From assembly GCA_963666875.2 (NCBI GenBank), contig CAXXPU010000003.1, positions 7,114 through 71,113 of the forward strand: 64,000 nt of DNA, in the 5' to 3' direction. Under the pieces are notes generated by a model that was not told the DNA's origin, ran no database searches, and saw nothing but the letters and a program-made list of their open reading frames with translations. The stretch comes from Candidatus Cloacimonadales bacterium. Lineage in GTDB: Bacteria; Cloacimonadota; Cloacimonadia; Cloacimonadales; JAIOQZ01. Made by a program: the position numbers and the translations under genes. Positions 1 to 9,900 of the stretch are shown here, in pieces (the first letter of the stretch is position 1; each line of letters begins with the position of its first letter).

Positions 1-1335
1 CAAAACGGAGCTTTCACGCTGGACGAATACGAGGGCTGGCTAGTCATACCGGCGAACGGCACAGAATCATTCTCCATAGGCGGTTCCATCGCCGAACAAT
101 TAGACAATACCGAAGACACGAATCTGCATATCGAGCTCCTTCTCGAGCCGGTCGTTCACCCATCTTACATCTACTACCTGATGACCGATATCGCGCGTCC
201 GAAGATCACCATGGCGATGCAGTCGGAGCAGGTATCGCAGTACCGGTATATCATGCATTTCCAGCTCCATAACGAAGGCGATCTCGATGCGGAAGGCATG
301 ACGATCGACGCTGTCGTGGAAGCCGGAAGCGGCTCCCTGCCCGATCTGCCGCTCGAAATCAACGAACCCTTCCCCATCGGCGGATGGATCGAATTCAGCG
401 CGACCCTGATCCTCGACGAAAACGATCCCGATCCGACCGGCAGCCTCCTGCTTCTCAACTTCCAGACCCATCACGGAAACAGCATCTACGGCAGCAGCTA
501 TTATTCTCAGGTTCCCATCGGCGATGTCGGCATTGAAGAGGACTTCGAGAGCGCTTTGACCTGGGAGGGCGACGAAGCCTGGCAAACGGTCGAAACGTAT
601 GCCCAGAACGGAACGCACTGCCTCTCCTGCCGTCCCGACGAACCGGGTCTTTACTCGATCGCCACACCCTGGACGACGTTCATGTACGACGCAGAAATCG
701 GCTTCCAATACAAATACAAGATGCCCATGTACGGCAACGACGGCGTATTCTTCATTCTCGAGACCGATGAAACCGCCGATACGCTCCTCTTCCTCGGAGC
801 CGGAGGCGCGCTGTACGACAAGGGACGTCCGGCGCCGGAAGTCTATATCGAAGGCGACTGGGCAGAGTACAGTATCGATCCGTCCGACTATCTCGTCGAA
901 TCGCCGCCCTATTCAACGCATTACCGGTTGCGGCTGGATTTCCTCTTCTACGAGCTGTCTGAAGGCTTCAACGAGTACGGGAGTATGGACGAAATCGGCG
1001 CATTCATCGACGATTACAGTTATATCCCGCCCGAAATCGACTACGATATCGACACGGATGAGGATAAACCCATCGCGCTTTCGATCTATCCCAACCCGGT
1101 TCGCAGCGGCGACAACCTGACCATCGCCTTCTCGCTGGTGCAAGATCGGGAGGCCGACATCGATATATTCAACATCCGCGGGCAAAAAGTTCGCGGATTC
1201 AATCTGACGGATTCGCGGTTCGTCTCGTGGGATATGCGCGATGCAAGCGGCAAATCGGCTGCTTCCGGCGTATATTTCGCACGGGTGCGATCCGGCAACA
1301 GACAAACAACAAAGAAATTCCTGCTGGTACGATGA
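1..1335 (+). CDS. secreted protein with T9SS (Por) C-terminal sorting domain; 5' end outside window
   Basis: The frame of the listed ORF 181..1335 is open back to nt 1, so the CDS is 5'-truncated. The last ~85 aa (LSIYPNPVRSGDNLTIAF...SGVYFARVRSGNRQTTKKFLLVR) fit the T9SS type-A C-terminal domain pattern. The stop overlaps the next start. Confidence 0.8.
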   Translation, partial: QNGAFTLDEYEGWLVIPANGTESFSIGGSIAEQLDNTEDTNLHIELLLEPVVHPSYIYYLMTDIARPKITMAMQSEQVSQYRYIMHFQLHNEGDLDAEGMTIDAVVEAGSGSLPDLPLEINEPFPIGGWIEFSATLILDENDPDPTGSLLLLNFQTHHGNSIYGSSYYSQVPIGDVGIEEDFESALTWEGDEAWQTVETYAQNGTHCLSCRPDEPGLYSIATPWTTFMYDAEIGFQYKYKMPMYGNDGVFFILETDETADTLLFLGAGGALYDKGRPAPEVYIEGDWAEYSIDPSDYLVESPPYSTHYRLRLDFLFYELSEGFNEYGSMDEIGAFIDDYSYIPPEIDYDIDTDEDKPIALSIYPNPVRSGDNLTIAFSLVQDREADIDIFNIRGQKVRGFNLTDSRFVSWDMRDASGKSAASGVYFARVRSGNRQTTKKFLLVR

Positions 1336-3308
1336 TGAAAACGACGACATTGATTCTATTGCTCGCACTCTGTGCAGGCTGCTTCGCGGAATTCCCGATC
1401 GGCGCTTATACCTATATGAAATCCTATTCGGACGAGCAATTGTATCCTCTTTTAGCGGAAGCGGGATATGATTTCTTCGTCGGTGAAACCGAATTGGGAA
1501 GCGACGATCAGGCACAAACACTGCTCGAACGGTCTGGGAAATACGGGCTGAAACTCCTCCTGATAGACCGACAGGAACTGTACGATTATTCGTGCTCGAA
1601 TCACCTGCTCCTCGATGTGAAAAACGGACCCGGTTCCGGCGACGGCTGGTATATACTGGGTCAGGAAACGGGCAGGGCAATCGGCGATCAGTGGGTATGC
1701 GAAACGAACAAGGATCAAGCAGGCTATGCCATTAACGGCATACAGTATCGGAAGAACGGGCAGCCGCTCGATCACACCTTCTTCGTCTCGGATAAAGACA
1801 TGCTATACATTCGTGTTCGCATGTCGTGGTCTGCCGGTGCAGGTAAAATCCCGCCAGGCAGCAATATCGTCAGCGCGACCCTGTACGGCTTTGCCGACGG
1901 AGACCGAACAAAGCCCGTCAAACTGGATCTCCTCGGGCCCATTTTAACCGAGAATTCGTTCAGCGAGGAGCCGAGGGATTACATTTTCACCTGCACAATC
2001 TCGAAAATACCGGCATCGTGCCGAAGAAAATCGGACTATTTCTGGATGCTGTACGGTCCCGATTTCAGGCTTCGCTGGAACGGCTTGGGCACTCTTCGAA
2101 TCGATGAGATCGAGATTTACGATACGTCCTACAAACATCTGAGCGACGGAGAAGAGACCGCAAACATCCTCACCCGTATGGCACAGATTGCCGAAAATCC
2201 CAACCTGATGGGCATCATGGTCAAGGACGAACCCTGCACGCCGCAATTCGACGGTATAAGGCTCTTCAAAGAAATCGTCGCTCGAAACGCGGACTGGAAA
2301 ATCCCAATCATGACGGCGAATTGGATGCGACAGTACGATCAGTCCGGAGGCAGCTATATACCCTGGGACGATTTCCTCCAGACAACCAGACTCGATTACA
2401 TCGGTCCGGATATCTACCCCGTCAGCGCCAGCATACAGTGGAACAGCGATCCTCAATACCGAACATGGCATATCCAGACGAAGCTCGACGAAATGACCGA
2501 TCTCTATCGGATGCACAAGAAAAGCGCACTCCGGCATGACGCGAAATTCATTGCAGTCGTGCAGACAACCGGTTACTGGTATGGCAATGACACGACCGAT
2601 GGTCGGTGGAAAGGCTCGATCCTGCCACCGTCGGAGATGATCAAGTGCCTGCGCTATCTGCCGCTGTGCTATGGCGCCGACGGGATTATCGACTGGAAGC
2701 TTCGCTCCGGACGCAGGGCGAATTCAACCACGGAGTGGAAGTATTTTTACCAGCAATCGCCCATCGATATGGACGGCAACACAACACCGCAATACGACGC
2801 GATCATGGAAAGCAATGAGCGAATTCACGCGTATGGCTCGATCCTGCAAGGCCTTCAGTGGATCGGCGCGCATCACGATCCGAAAGAGATCGCCGGAATG
2901 ACGCCCGTATTACGCAAGGTCGAGGTGAAGTCGGCAGATTCAAGCGCTTACACGGGAAACGTCGAGGTGGGGCTGTTTCAGGACGAATCACTCTATTTCA
3001 TGATCGTCAACAGGCGGACGAATTTCCTGAAACCTCAGTACGGCAATCGCGATGGAGTGGTGGAAAACGTCGGAGCGAACGGAAAGGACGTCGCCGAGGC
3101 GTTCGCTATTGCGCAGGATCAGACGCTGACTCTTCATTTCAACGACGACTACGGTTTTCGATGGTATCTGGAGGAGATGATCAGCGGTGAGAAGAATCGT
3201 CTCACCGTGAATCATAGCGCTACGATCACGATTCCCGCCGGTGAAGGGCGACTCTACAAGCTTATGGCTGAATCAGATCCTTCGGGTATAATCCAAGACC
3301 ACCGTTGA
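1332..3308 (+). CDS. hypothetical secreted protein, possibly a lipoprotein; weak TIM-barrel glycoside-hydrolase-like pattern
   Basis: ORF track gives 1227..3308. I place the start at ATG 1332, which gives MMKTTTLILLLALCAGCFA (signal peptide) and overlaps the upstream stop. Segments such as GIMVKDEPC, IGPDIYP and AVVQTTGYW are only loosely hydrolase-like. Confidence 0.8.
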   Translation: MMKTTTLILLLALCAGCFAEFPIGAYTYMKSYSDEQLYPLLAEAGYDFFVGETELGSDDQAQTLLERSGKYGLKLLLIDRQELYDYSCSNHLLLDVKNGPGSGDGWYILGQETGRAIGDQWVCETNKDQAGYAINGIQYRKNGQPLDHTFFVSDKDMLYIRVRMSWSAGAGKIPPGSNIVSATLYGFADGDRTKPVKLDLLGPILTENSFSEEPRDYIFTCTISKIPASCRRKSDYFWMLYGPDFRLRWNGLGTLRIDEIEIYDTSYKHLSDGEETANILTRMAQIAENPNLMGIMVKDEPCTPQFDGIRLFKEIVARNADWKIPIMTANWMRQYDQSGGSYIPWDDFLQTTRLDYIGPDIYPVSASIQWNSDPQYRTWHIQTKLDEMTDLYRMHKKSALRHDAKFIAVVQTTGYWYGNDTTDGRWKGSILPPSEMIKCLRYLPLCYGADGIIDWKLRSGRRANSTTEWKYFYQQSPIDMDGNTTPQYDAIMESNERIHAYGSILQGLQWIGAHHDPKEIAGMTPVLRKVEVKSADSSAYTGNVEVGLFQDESLYFMIVNRRTNFLKPQYGNRDGVVENVGANGKDVAEAFAIAQDQTLTLHFNDDYGFRWYLEEMISGEKNRLTVNHSATITIPAGEGRLYKLMAESDPSGIIQDHR

Positions 3309-4023
3309 AGACGTGCATGTCCAGCATGAAAAGAATCATGAACGGCACGAAGAAGAGGATCGCGGTGATCACGCTGGTGAGTATCGCTTTGATGTAAACC
3401 CGGATACGTTTCTTCTCCGTCAGACTGATGTAAAAATACACCGGCACGATGATCATTGCGCCAAACGTCGCGTAGCTGTGCATCTTCGACCAGAACAAGG
3501 TCACAGTCACAAGCGCGTTGAACAGGTTCGTGTGCCCGATCGCATACATGTTCAGGATCAGATGCTCCGAGAAGTTGAACTTCCATTCCCGAAAGAATAG
3601 TTTCGTCATCAGCGCGTAGATGGGCAGCGATATCAGGAACATGGCCGTCATATTGCTCGTGGTCCAGAGGTTCACGTTTCTGGCGACGCCATCAACCTCG
3701 ATCTTCGCCATGTAGGCATTTTCGGGATTGATCAGGACATTCAGCAGCGTCATCAGCGCAGTCGTCCAGAAGAGGTAGCGCAGTGGATCGTATATCGGCT
3801 TCCTTCTGCCGGAAAGGTACTGACGAATGATGGTACCCGGTCCGACAGTCAATTCCTTGATGAGAAACAGCATCCCATGTTCGAAATCGAAGGCTTCGAA
3901 ACACTTTCTGACGATCAGTCCGAACGTGAACCGTTTCGTCGTTGCTGCCTGCCCGCAGACCGGGCAGTAATTACCTTCGTACTGGTTCCCACAGTTAAGG
4001 CATACCGTGATTTCTTGTTTCAT
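3262..4023 (-). CDS. DUF3667-like zinc-ribbon membrane protein
   Basis: I place the start at ATG 4023. The N-terminus is MKQEITVCLNCGNQYEGNYCPVCGQ (CxxC...CxxC zinc ribbon), followed by several hydrophobic helices. The 3' end overlaps the convergent upstream gene by 47 nt. Confidence 0.75.
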   Translation of the reverse strand: MKQEITVCLNCGNQYEGNYCPVCGQAATTKRFTFGLIVRKCFEAFDFEHGMLFLIKELTVGPGTIIRQYLSGRRKPIYDPLRYLFWTTALMTLLNVLINPENAYMAKIEVDGVARNVNLWTTSNMTAMFLISLPIYALMTKLFFREWKFNFSEHLILNMYAIGHTNLFNALVTVTLFWSKMHSYATFGAMIIVPVYFYISLTEKKRIRVYIKAILTSVITAILFFVPFMILFMLDMHVFNGGLGLYPKDLIQP

Positions 4024-4116
4024 ATCGAGCCGCCAAACGTTTTTTTGAAAAATCCACATTTTTCCAATGGTGTCAAGCCCGTTTTTAAAAATGCTAATGA
4101 TCCCTTATACATTTCA

Positions 4117-4146
4117 TTGACAACCTTGTGCCTTCGAACATAATAA
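4117..4146 (+). promoter_or_regulatory. candidate sigma70-type promoter, TTGACA-N18-TAATAA
   Basis: TTGACA lies at 4117-4122 and TAATAA at 4141-4146, about 45 nt upstream of ATG 4191, with GGAGGA at 4182-4187. Confidence 0.4.
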
Positions 4147-4190
4147 GTGAGTGGAATAGTGTGTTAAAAAAAGGAATATATGGAGGACCT

Positions 4191-6941
4191 ATGAGGACAG
4201 CGCGATTTTTTCTAATTACAGCGATGGTTCTGATCTGCCTGACAGCCATACTTCAGGCTTCGGAACCGCTTTTCTATGTCAGTACGGCGGAAGGCGATAC
4301 GATTTTCGCCGTGTATCCATCAGGAATCAAGGTACGAAACGCCACCGGCGAGGATATCTTCATCGCGGATCGGGACAGCGTACGCATCTACGTGGATGAA
4401 GACGCCATGCGCACCAGCCGTGGAAGCTTCGCGATCGGCGGTATCGGCAGCGCGACGCGTGAACCGGCCACCGAATATTTTCGTGTTACGCCGGACAGCG
4501 TCCGAGTTTATCTGAAGGAAAACGATCAGCGCACCAGCCGCGGCGGATTTGCGATCGGCGGAACCGCCAGCGCAACGCGTCCGGGCGGTAGCCATTTCTT
4601 CAACCTCGAGAATTCTCACGAGCCCGAGATCATCGATCCAAGCGAAGCGAGAATGCTGTGGTATCCCTATAAAGAAGCCTTCCGGGTCGGGCATGTCGTG
4701 ATCGAATCGCCGGATAGTGTCGGCACAAATTCACTCGCAACCGGTTACGAATCCAAAGCGATCGGCGACTACTCGCAGGCACTCGGTTATCAGGCACGAG
4801 CCGTCTCGGATTATTCGACCGCGATCGGTCTGCATGCGCAGGCTCGCGGCGAGAGCTCCTTCGCATACGGCGACCTCGCCGAAGCCAACGGTGCCGGCTC
4901 TTTCGCGTTCGGTTCCGTCGCACGCGACACGCTGGGTAACATCGTTTACGGCGCGAGCGCGGCAAAGGCCGATGGCGCTTACTCCTTCGCAATGGGTATG
5001 GGCGCAAATACCGGCGGAATATGCTCCATGGCGATAGGCTTCAATGCGAGTGCTCAAAGCAGCAATACGCTCGCTCTGGGACGTAATTCGAGCGCTTCAG
5101 GAAGCAACGCGGTAGCAATGGGTTATTCTGCACATGCTGACGAATACAACTCTCTCGCGATCGGTTTCTACGCAAACGCGACCGGTCGCTATTCGACAGC
5201 GCTCGGTTACTATCCAAGCGCGATAGGCGACTACAGCTTCGCGGTCGGGCGAAATAACACTGCCACGGGCGAATACGCCACATCGATTGGATGCTATAAT
5301 GAGGCAGTTGGCGACTACTCAGTAGCCCTCGGACGGCAGTCGGAAACCGGCGATTACGGAACCGCTTCCGGAAGCCACTGCGAAGCGACCGGCGAATACA
5401 GTGTGGCGATGGGAAGGCAGAGTATATCTTCGGGAATATACACTACCACATTCGGCGGATACAGCGAATCGAGTGGAGATTATGCAACCGCCATCGGACG
5501 ACAGTCTTTCGCGCGTGGGGACTTTTCGATCGCACTGGGGAGTTTCCATGACGTCGATTCCATGTACAGCGTCGCAATCGGATACAGTTGCCAAACTCAC
5601 GATAGATATGCCATTGCTATCGGAGATTATGCCATCGCGAACGGACAACATTCCGTTTCGCTGGGAAACAGCAACACGGCCAACGGCGATTATAGCTTCG
5701 CCACAGGCAGTTACTCTCAGGCAAACGATTATTACGCATTTGCTGCCGGCACGAACTGCACAGCCGACGGTAATTCCTCGATCGCCATGGGAAGTAATTG
5801 CGAGGCTAAAGATGCGTGGACAATCGCGATGGGATATCACGCAGAAGCCGATGGGCAGTGTTCCATCGCGCTGGGAGACAATGCTGTCGCATCGTCAATA
5901 AACCATTCTGTCGCCATCGGCGAGGATGTCACTGCCAACGGTATGAACTCCATGGCGCTTGGCAAGAGAGCTTCCACCGGAGGCTACTACGGATGCTTCG
6001 TGTATGGCGACTACTCGAATGCGGACAGCGTGAAATGCGACGATTTCAACCAGTTCAAGGTTCGCGCGTCCGGCGGATACATTTTCCATACGAATTCGAC
6101 GATGGCTCCCGAAAACACTGTCTATATTTACGAAAACGACGGCTCCATGGGGCTCGGAAAGCAAAATCCGGAACACAAGCTCTGCCTGCTGGACACCATC
6201 GATAACACGACCGGTACCGACGGTACATTTATTGATATCGAAAACACATCCGACAACACCGGCGCGATGACCGGTATCCGTTTCAAGAACGGCAGCCAGA
6301 CCGACGTTTTCAAGGGCGGTATCTTCTTCAACGACTCGAACTCCTGGGGTCGAGGCGATATCGTCTTCGCCACATCCAATACTTATGACGCTATCGATGT
6401 CGATCGCGACGACGCACGGATGGTCGTTTACAGTAACGGAAACGTGGGAATCGGTACACCTGCAAGCGCCAACCCCGGAGCGAAGCTCAGTGTGGACGGC
6501 GATGTAAAACCCTATACCGATGCCGCCCGGGATCTCGGTTCGCTCAGCAATCGCTGGCGTTACGTGTTTGCCTCAGTCGGAACTATACAAACATCCGACG
6601 AACGGCAGAAAGAGAACATCCGACCGATCCGTTACGGGCTTCAGGAAGTGATGAAGCTGCGCCCGGTGCGGTTCCAGTGGAAAGACAATGAAGATCGCAG
6701 CGAAAACCTCGGCTTGATCGCGCAGGAAACACAGAAGGTCATTCCCGAAGTGGTGATGGTCGGTGAAGACGAGGATAAAACCCTCGGCATGAACTACACG
6801 GAACTGATACCTGTATTGATCAGCGCCATACAGGAACAACAGAAGCAGATAGAGCAGACAAAGCAGGAGGTCGAGCAGCTCAAGCAGCAGCTTGCGAAGG
6901 AGAAAAACCGTAACAGCCAGCATGTAGCCAGCTCCGAATAA
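4191..6941 (+). CDS. tail-fibre-like surface protein: signal peptide, Hep_Hag/YadA-head-like repeats, C-terminal peptidase S74 intramolecular-chaperone domain and coiled coil
   Basis: I moved the start to ATG 4191, giving MRTARFFLITAMVLICLTAILQA. There are tens of degenerate A/G/S-rich ~14-aa repeats (AIGDYSQALGYQARAVSDYSTAIG...). The C-terminus TSDERQKENIRPI...LRPVRFQWK...GLIAQETQKVIPEVV...YTELIPVLISAIQEQQKQIEQ matches the endosialidase/tail-fibre chaperone domain signature. Confidence 0.85.
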   Translation: MRTARFFLITAMVLICLTAILQASEPLFYVSTAEGDTIFAVYPSGIKVRNATGEDIFIADRDSVRIYVDEDAMRTSRGSFAIGGIGSATREPATEYFRVTPDSVRVYLKENDQRTSRGGFAIGGTASATRPGGSHFFNLENSHEPEIIDPSEARMLWYPYKEAFRVGHVVIESPDSVGTNSLATGYESKAIGDYSQALGYQARAVSDYSTAIGLHAQARGESSFAYGDLAEANGAGSFAFGSVARDTLGNIVYGASAAKADGAYSFAMGMGANTGGICSMAIGFNASAQSSNTLALGRNSSASGSNAVAMGYSAHADEYNSLAIGFYANATGRYSTALGYYPSAIGDYSFAVGRNNTATGEYATSIGCYNEAVGDYSVALGRQSETGDYGTASGSHCEATGEYSVAMGRQSISSGIYTTTFGGYSESSGDYATAIGRQSFARGDFSIALGSFHDVDSMYSVAIGYSCQTHDRYAIAIGDYAIANGQHSVSLGNSNTANGDYSFATGSYSQANDYYAFAAGTNCTADGNSSIAMGSNCEAKDAWTIAMGYHAEADGQCSIALGDNAVASSINHSVAIGEDVTANGMNSMALGKRASTGGYYGCFVYGDYSNADSVKCDDFNQFKVRASGGYIFHTNSTMAPENTVYIYENDGSMGLGKQNPEHKLCLLDTIDNTTGTDGTFIDIENTSDNTGAMTGIRFKNGSQTDVFKGGIFFNDSNSWGRGDIVFATSNTYDAIDVDRDDARMVVYSNGNVGIGTPASANPGAKLSVDGDVKPYTDAARDLGSLSNRWRYVFASVGTIQTSDERQKENIRPIRYGLQEVMKLRPVRFQWKDNEDRSENLGLIAQETQKVIPEVVMVGEDEDKTLGMNYTELIPVLISAIQEQQKQIEQTKQEVEQLKQQLAKEKNRNSQHVASSE

Positions 6942-6952
6942 AGGATATCGTC

Positions 6953-9900
6953 ATGATACGACAACGATTTCTCTGGATGATGATCCTTCTGTTCCTGACT
7001 ACCTGTCCAGCGCTGTTCGCCGATGTTCACATCAGCCCGAATGGCGTCGTTGGGACGGGAACACAGGGAGGGATCCACGTAACCCAGGATCTGTATAACG
7101 ACGGACAATTCGTATATGCCTCGAGCCACATTCGGTTCTTTGGTGAAGGCGTCAGCAATGTATTGGGCAGGTCGGGGCTCTATGTCCGGCGCCTGGTGCT
7201 GGATAAGAACACCGATGGTTTCCTCTACCTGATGGAGCCGGTCGGCGTGGGCGATTCGTTGCTGCTGCTTTCCGGAGCGATGGATTTCGCAGGTGGAGTC
7301 CGACAGACCGAACCGGTAATATCCAACGCCGGCCGTCGCGATACCGATATGGTCAGGAAGGAAGTCGCCGCAACGTTCGAGCAATCACAGACGAGAAAAA
7401 AGACATCCCGGAAAGAATTGCAGAAGACCGGCATCGCGGAATCAGTCTTTACCCTCGAAGGCTCGGAACGGGAAGACGAACGTCAACCGTTGATCATCAC
7501 CGAGCGCGATGGCAGTCTGATTCTTGGTGACCAGGCAACCATACGGCTTCAGGGCGGTTCACTGTTGCAATCGCCGGGACTCAATGGCGACTACAACCTC
7601 ATCTACCGGTGTCCGCAGACAACCGGAGCCGAGCTTATCTCCTGCGTGAACGCATTACAAAAAATGACGCTCGAGATGACCTCCGGAACCCTGATCCTCA
7701 ATAAAAACGCCTGGGTCAATCAATCGCTGACACTCGGAACCGCAAACCTCGACACCGACGAATACACCCTGACCATGGGCGAGACAGCGCCGATAATCGG
7801 ACACCCTGACAATATTGTCGGCGACTATACGGGCACGGCGATCGAGGTAAATACAGGCTCGTACATCAACTCGACATTTCTTGTCTATATCAGCGCAGGA
7901 ACTTCGATCGGGAACTTCTATCCGCTCTTGTTCACCGAACCGGATATGATCGGGCCATCCGGTTCCGTCGAGCGCCAGTGGTTTGTCGAATCGGATGCCG
8001 CGCCATATGGCAGAAACATGCAATTCGGATGGCTCATTACCGAGGACAACGGACTGGATCTGTCCAGCGTCCAGCTATGGCGAAGCGACGATCGAAGCCA
8101 GTGGATGTCGTTCGGTCATCCGCTGGACATGAGCGGCAGTGGCAACTTGCGTGTCATCACTGCCTATAATGTGTCGGAGTTGGGCTGGTGGACGATCGGT
8201 CAAGCGCTGTTCGACATCTCCGAATATACGATCGATATGGGAGAAATTCCCGTCGGTGAAACGACCGCAACTTCCTTCACCATAACGAATCTCACCGACA
8301 GCTATCAATACGGCTACGTATTCACGCCCGATTGGATTACTGCGGAATATACAAGCAGATCCCGTGCGGCTGCCGGACGCGAACAACCGCTGAACATCGA
8401 ACGAGACGAGACTATCGACCGATCTTATGCCTATTACTCGGTCGACGCGTCAGGAACCACCGGGATTACGCTCCAGTGCAAACCGCAATCTCAGGGAGAA
8501 TTTGCCGAATCGATCCAGATACGCCTGTCGTCCAATAACTTCCCCACACGCGTTCTGACTCTCACCGGAACAGGCGTGATGCCGGATATCGAGGTCTCCC
8601 CCACCACAATGGATGAAACCCTCGCTCAGGATGAGACTACAACCGCACCGCTTACAATACGAAATGTCGGATTGCAGCAGCTCGATTATTCGATCGAATG
8701 CGGGACCGTCCTGCTGAGCACGACTTTCGACGGTACGTTCCCGCCCACTGGGTGGAGCAGGCAGACTCTATCTGGATCAAGAGCATGGTCCCGATCATCC
8801 ACGATAGGACATACCGATACGTACTCAGCATACGCGAGCCGAAGTTCCGTATATGACAGCAGGTTGATTACGCCGTATATCACGATATCCAGCGCGACTG
8901 TGCTTTCCTACTGGATCCGAACACAGTACCCACCCACATACGGCGGGATGTTCGATGTGGAGATTACCACCGATGGCAGCCACTGGACAAGTATCGATTC
9001 ATACAGTCAGAATACGCTGAGCCAGGTATTCGAGCAGAAGACGCTCGATCTCTCTCCATGGAGTGGATCGACCGTCCGCCTTGCCTTCCGTGCCTCGGAA
9101 AATTACATGGGGGATGGCGTTTTTCTGGATGATGTATTGGTCAAGGACACCGCGCCGGTTTCATGGCTGAGCGTAGTGGAATCTGCCGGATCGATACCGG
9201 CGGAAAGCTACCTCGATGTCGATATCCAGCTTGACGCGTCCGGGCTGTCCGACGGGACATACGACGCGGGACTGCTCATCACGAGTAACGATCCGCTCGA
9301 GCCTCTCGTCTCTGTTCCGGTCACGCTCAATGTCCAGACTGCCGCATGCCATCTCTCGGTGTCCGATATCGAGTTCGGAACCATTGTGCTGGGAGAGGAT
9401 TCATTCGGTTTTTTCACAATCAACAATACCGGAAACGCACCGCTCGAAGGCTCCATTTCGGCGCCCGACACATACAACATTGTCACTTCCCACAGACGTA
9501 CCGACAGTGCGCGGAAAGAAACATTGCAGCTAACGAACGCGAATGACGATCCGATCCGCGAGACGGTCAATTTCAGCATCACTGCCGGCGGTTCTCTCAG
9601 TTATTCGATCACCTTCACACCGGAGGCGATCGGGCAGTACGAGGACATCCTGACCATCACCCACAACGCGCCCGGCTCGCCGGATCATATCACGCTTCTG
9701 TCCGATGTTATCACGACACCGACCGTCACGACGATCGCTGTGACCGACATCGAATACACTACCGCGGTCGTGGTCGGCAACGTATCTGCAACCGGCGGCG
9801 CTGAGGTTTCATCGCGCGGAGTCTGTTGGGATACGCAACATCATCCAACGCTGGACGACAGCTACACGACCGAAGGCTCCGGTACCGGAGCGTTTACGAG

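Noticed and set aside
4191-6941. Prophage or tailocin, suggested by the tail-fibre/S74 chaperone domain.
   Set aside because: The window contains no capsid, portal, terminase, baseplate, sheath, integrase or lysis genes. The protein has a Sec signal peptide and its neighbours are ordinary secreted proteins.
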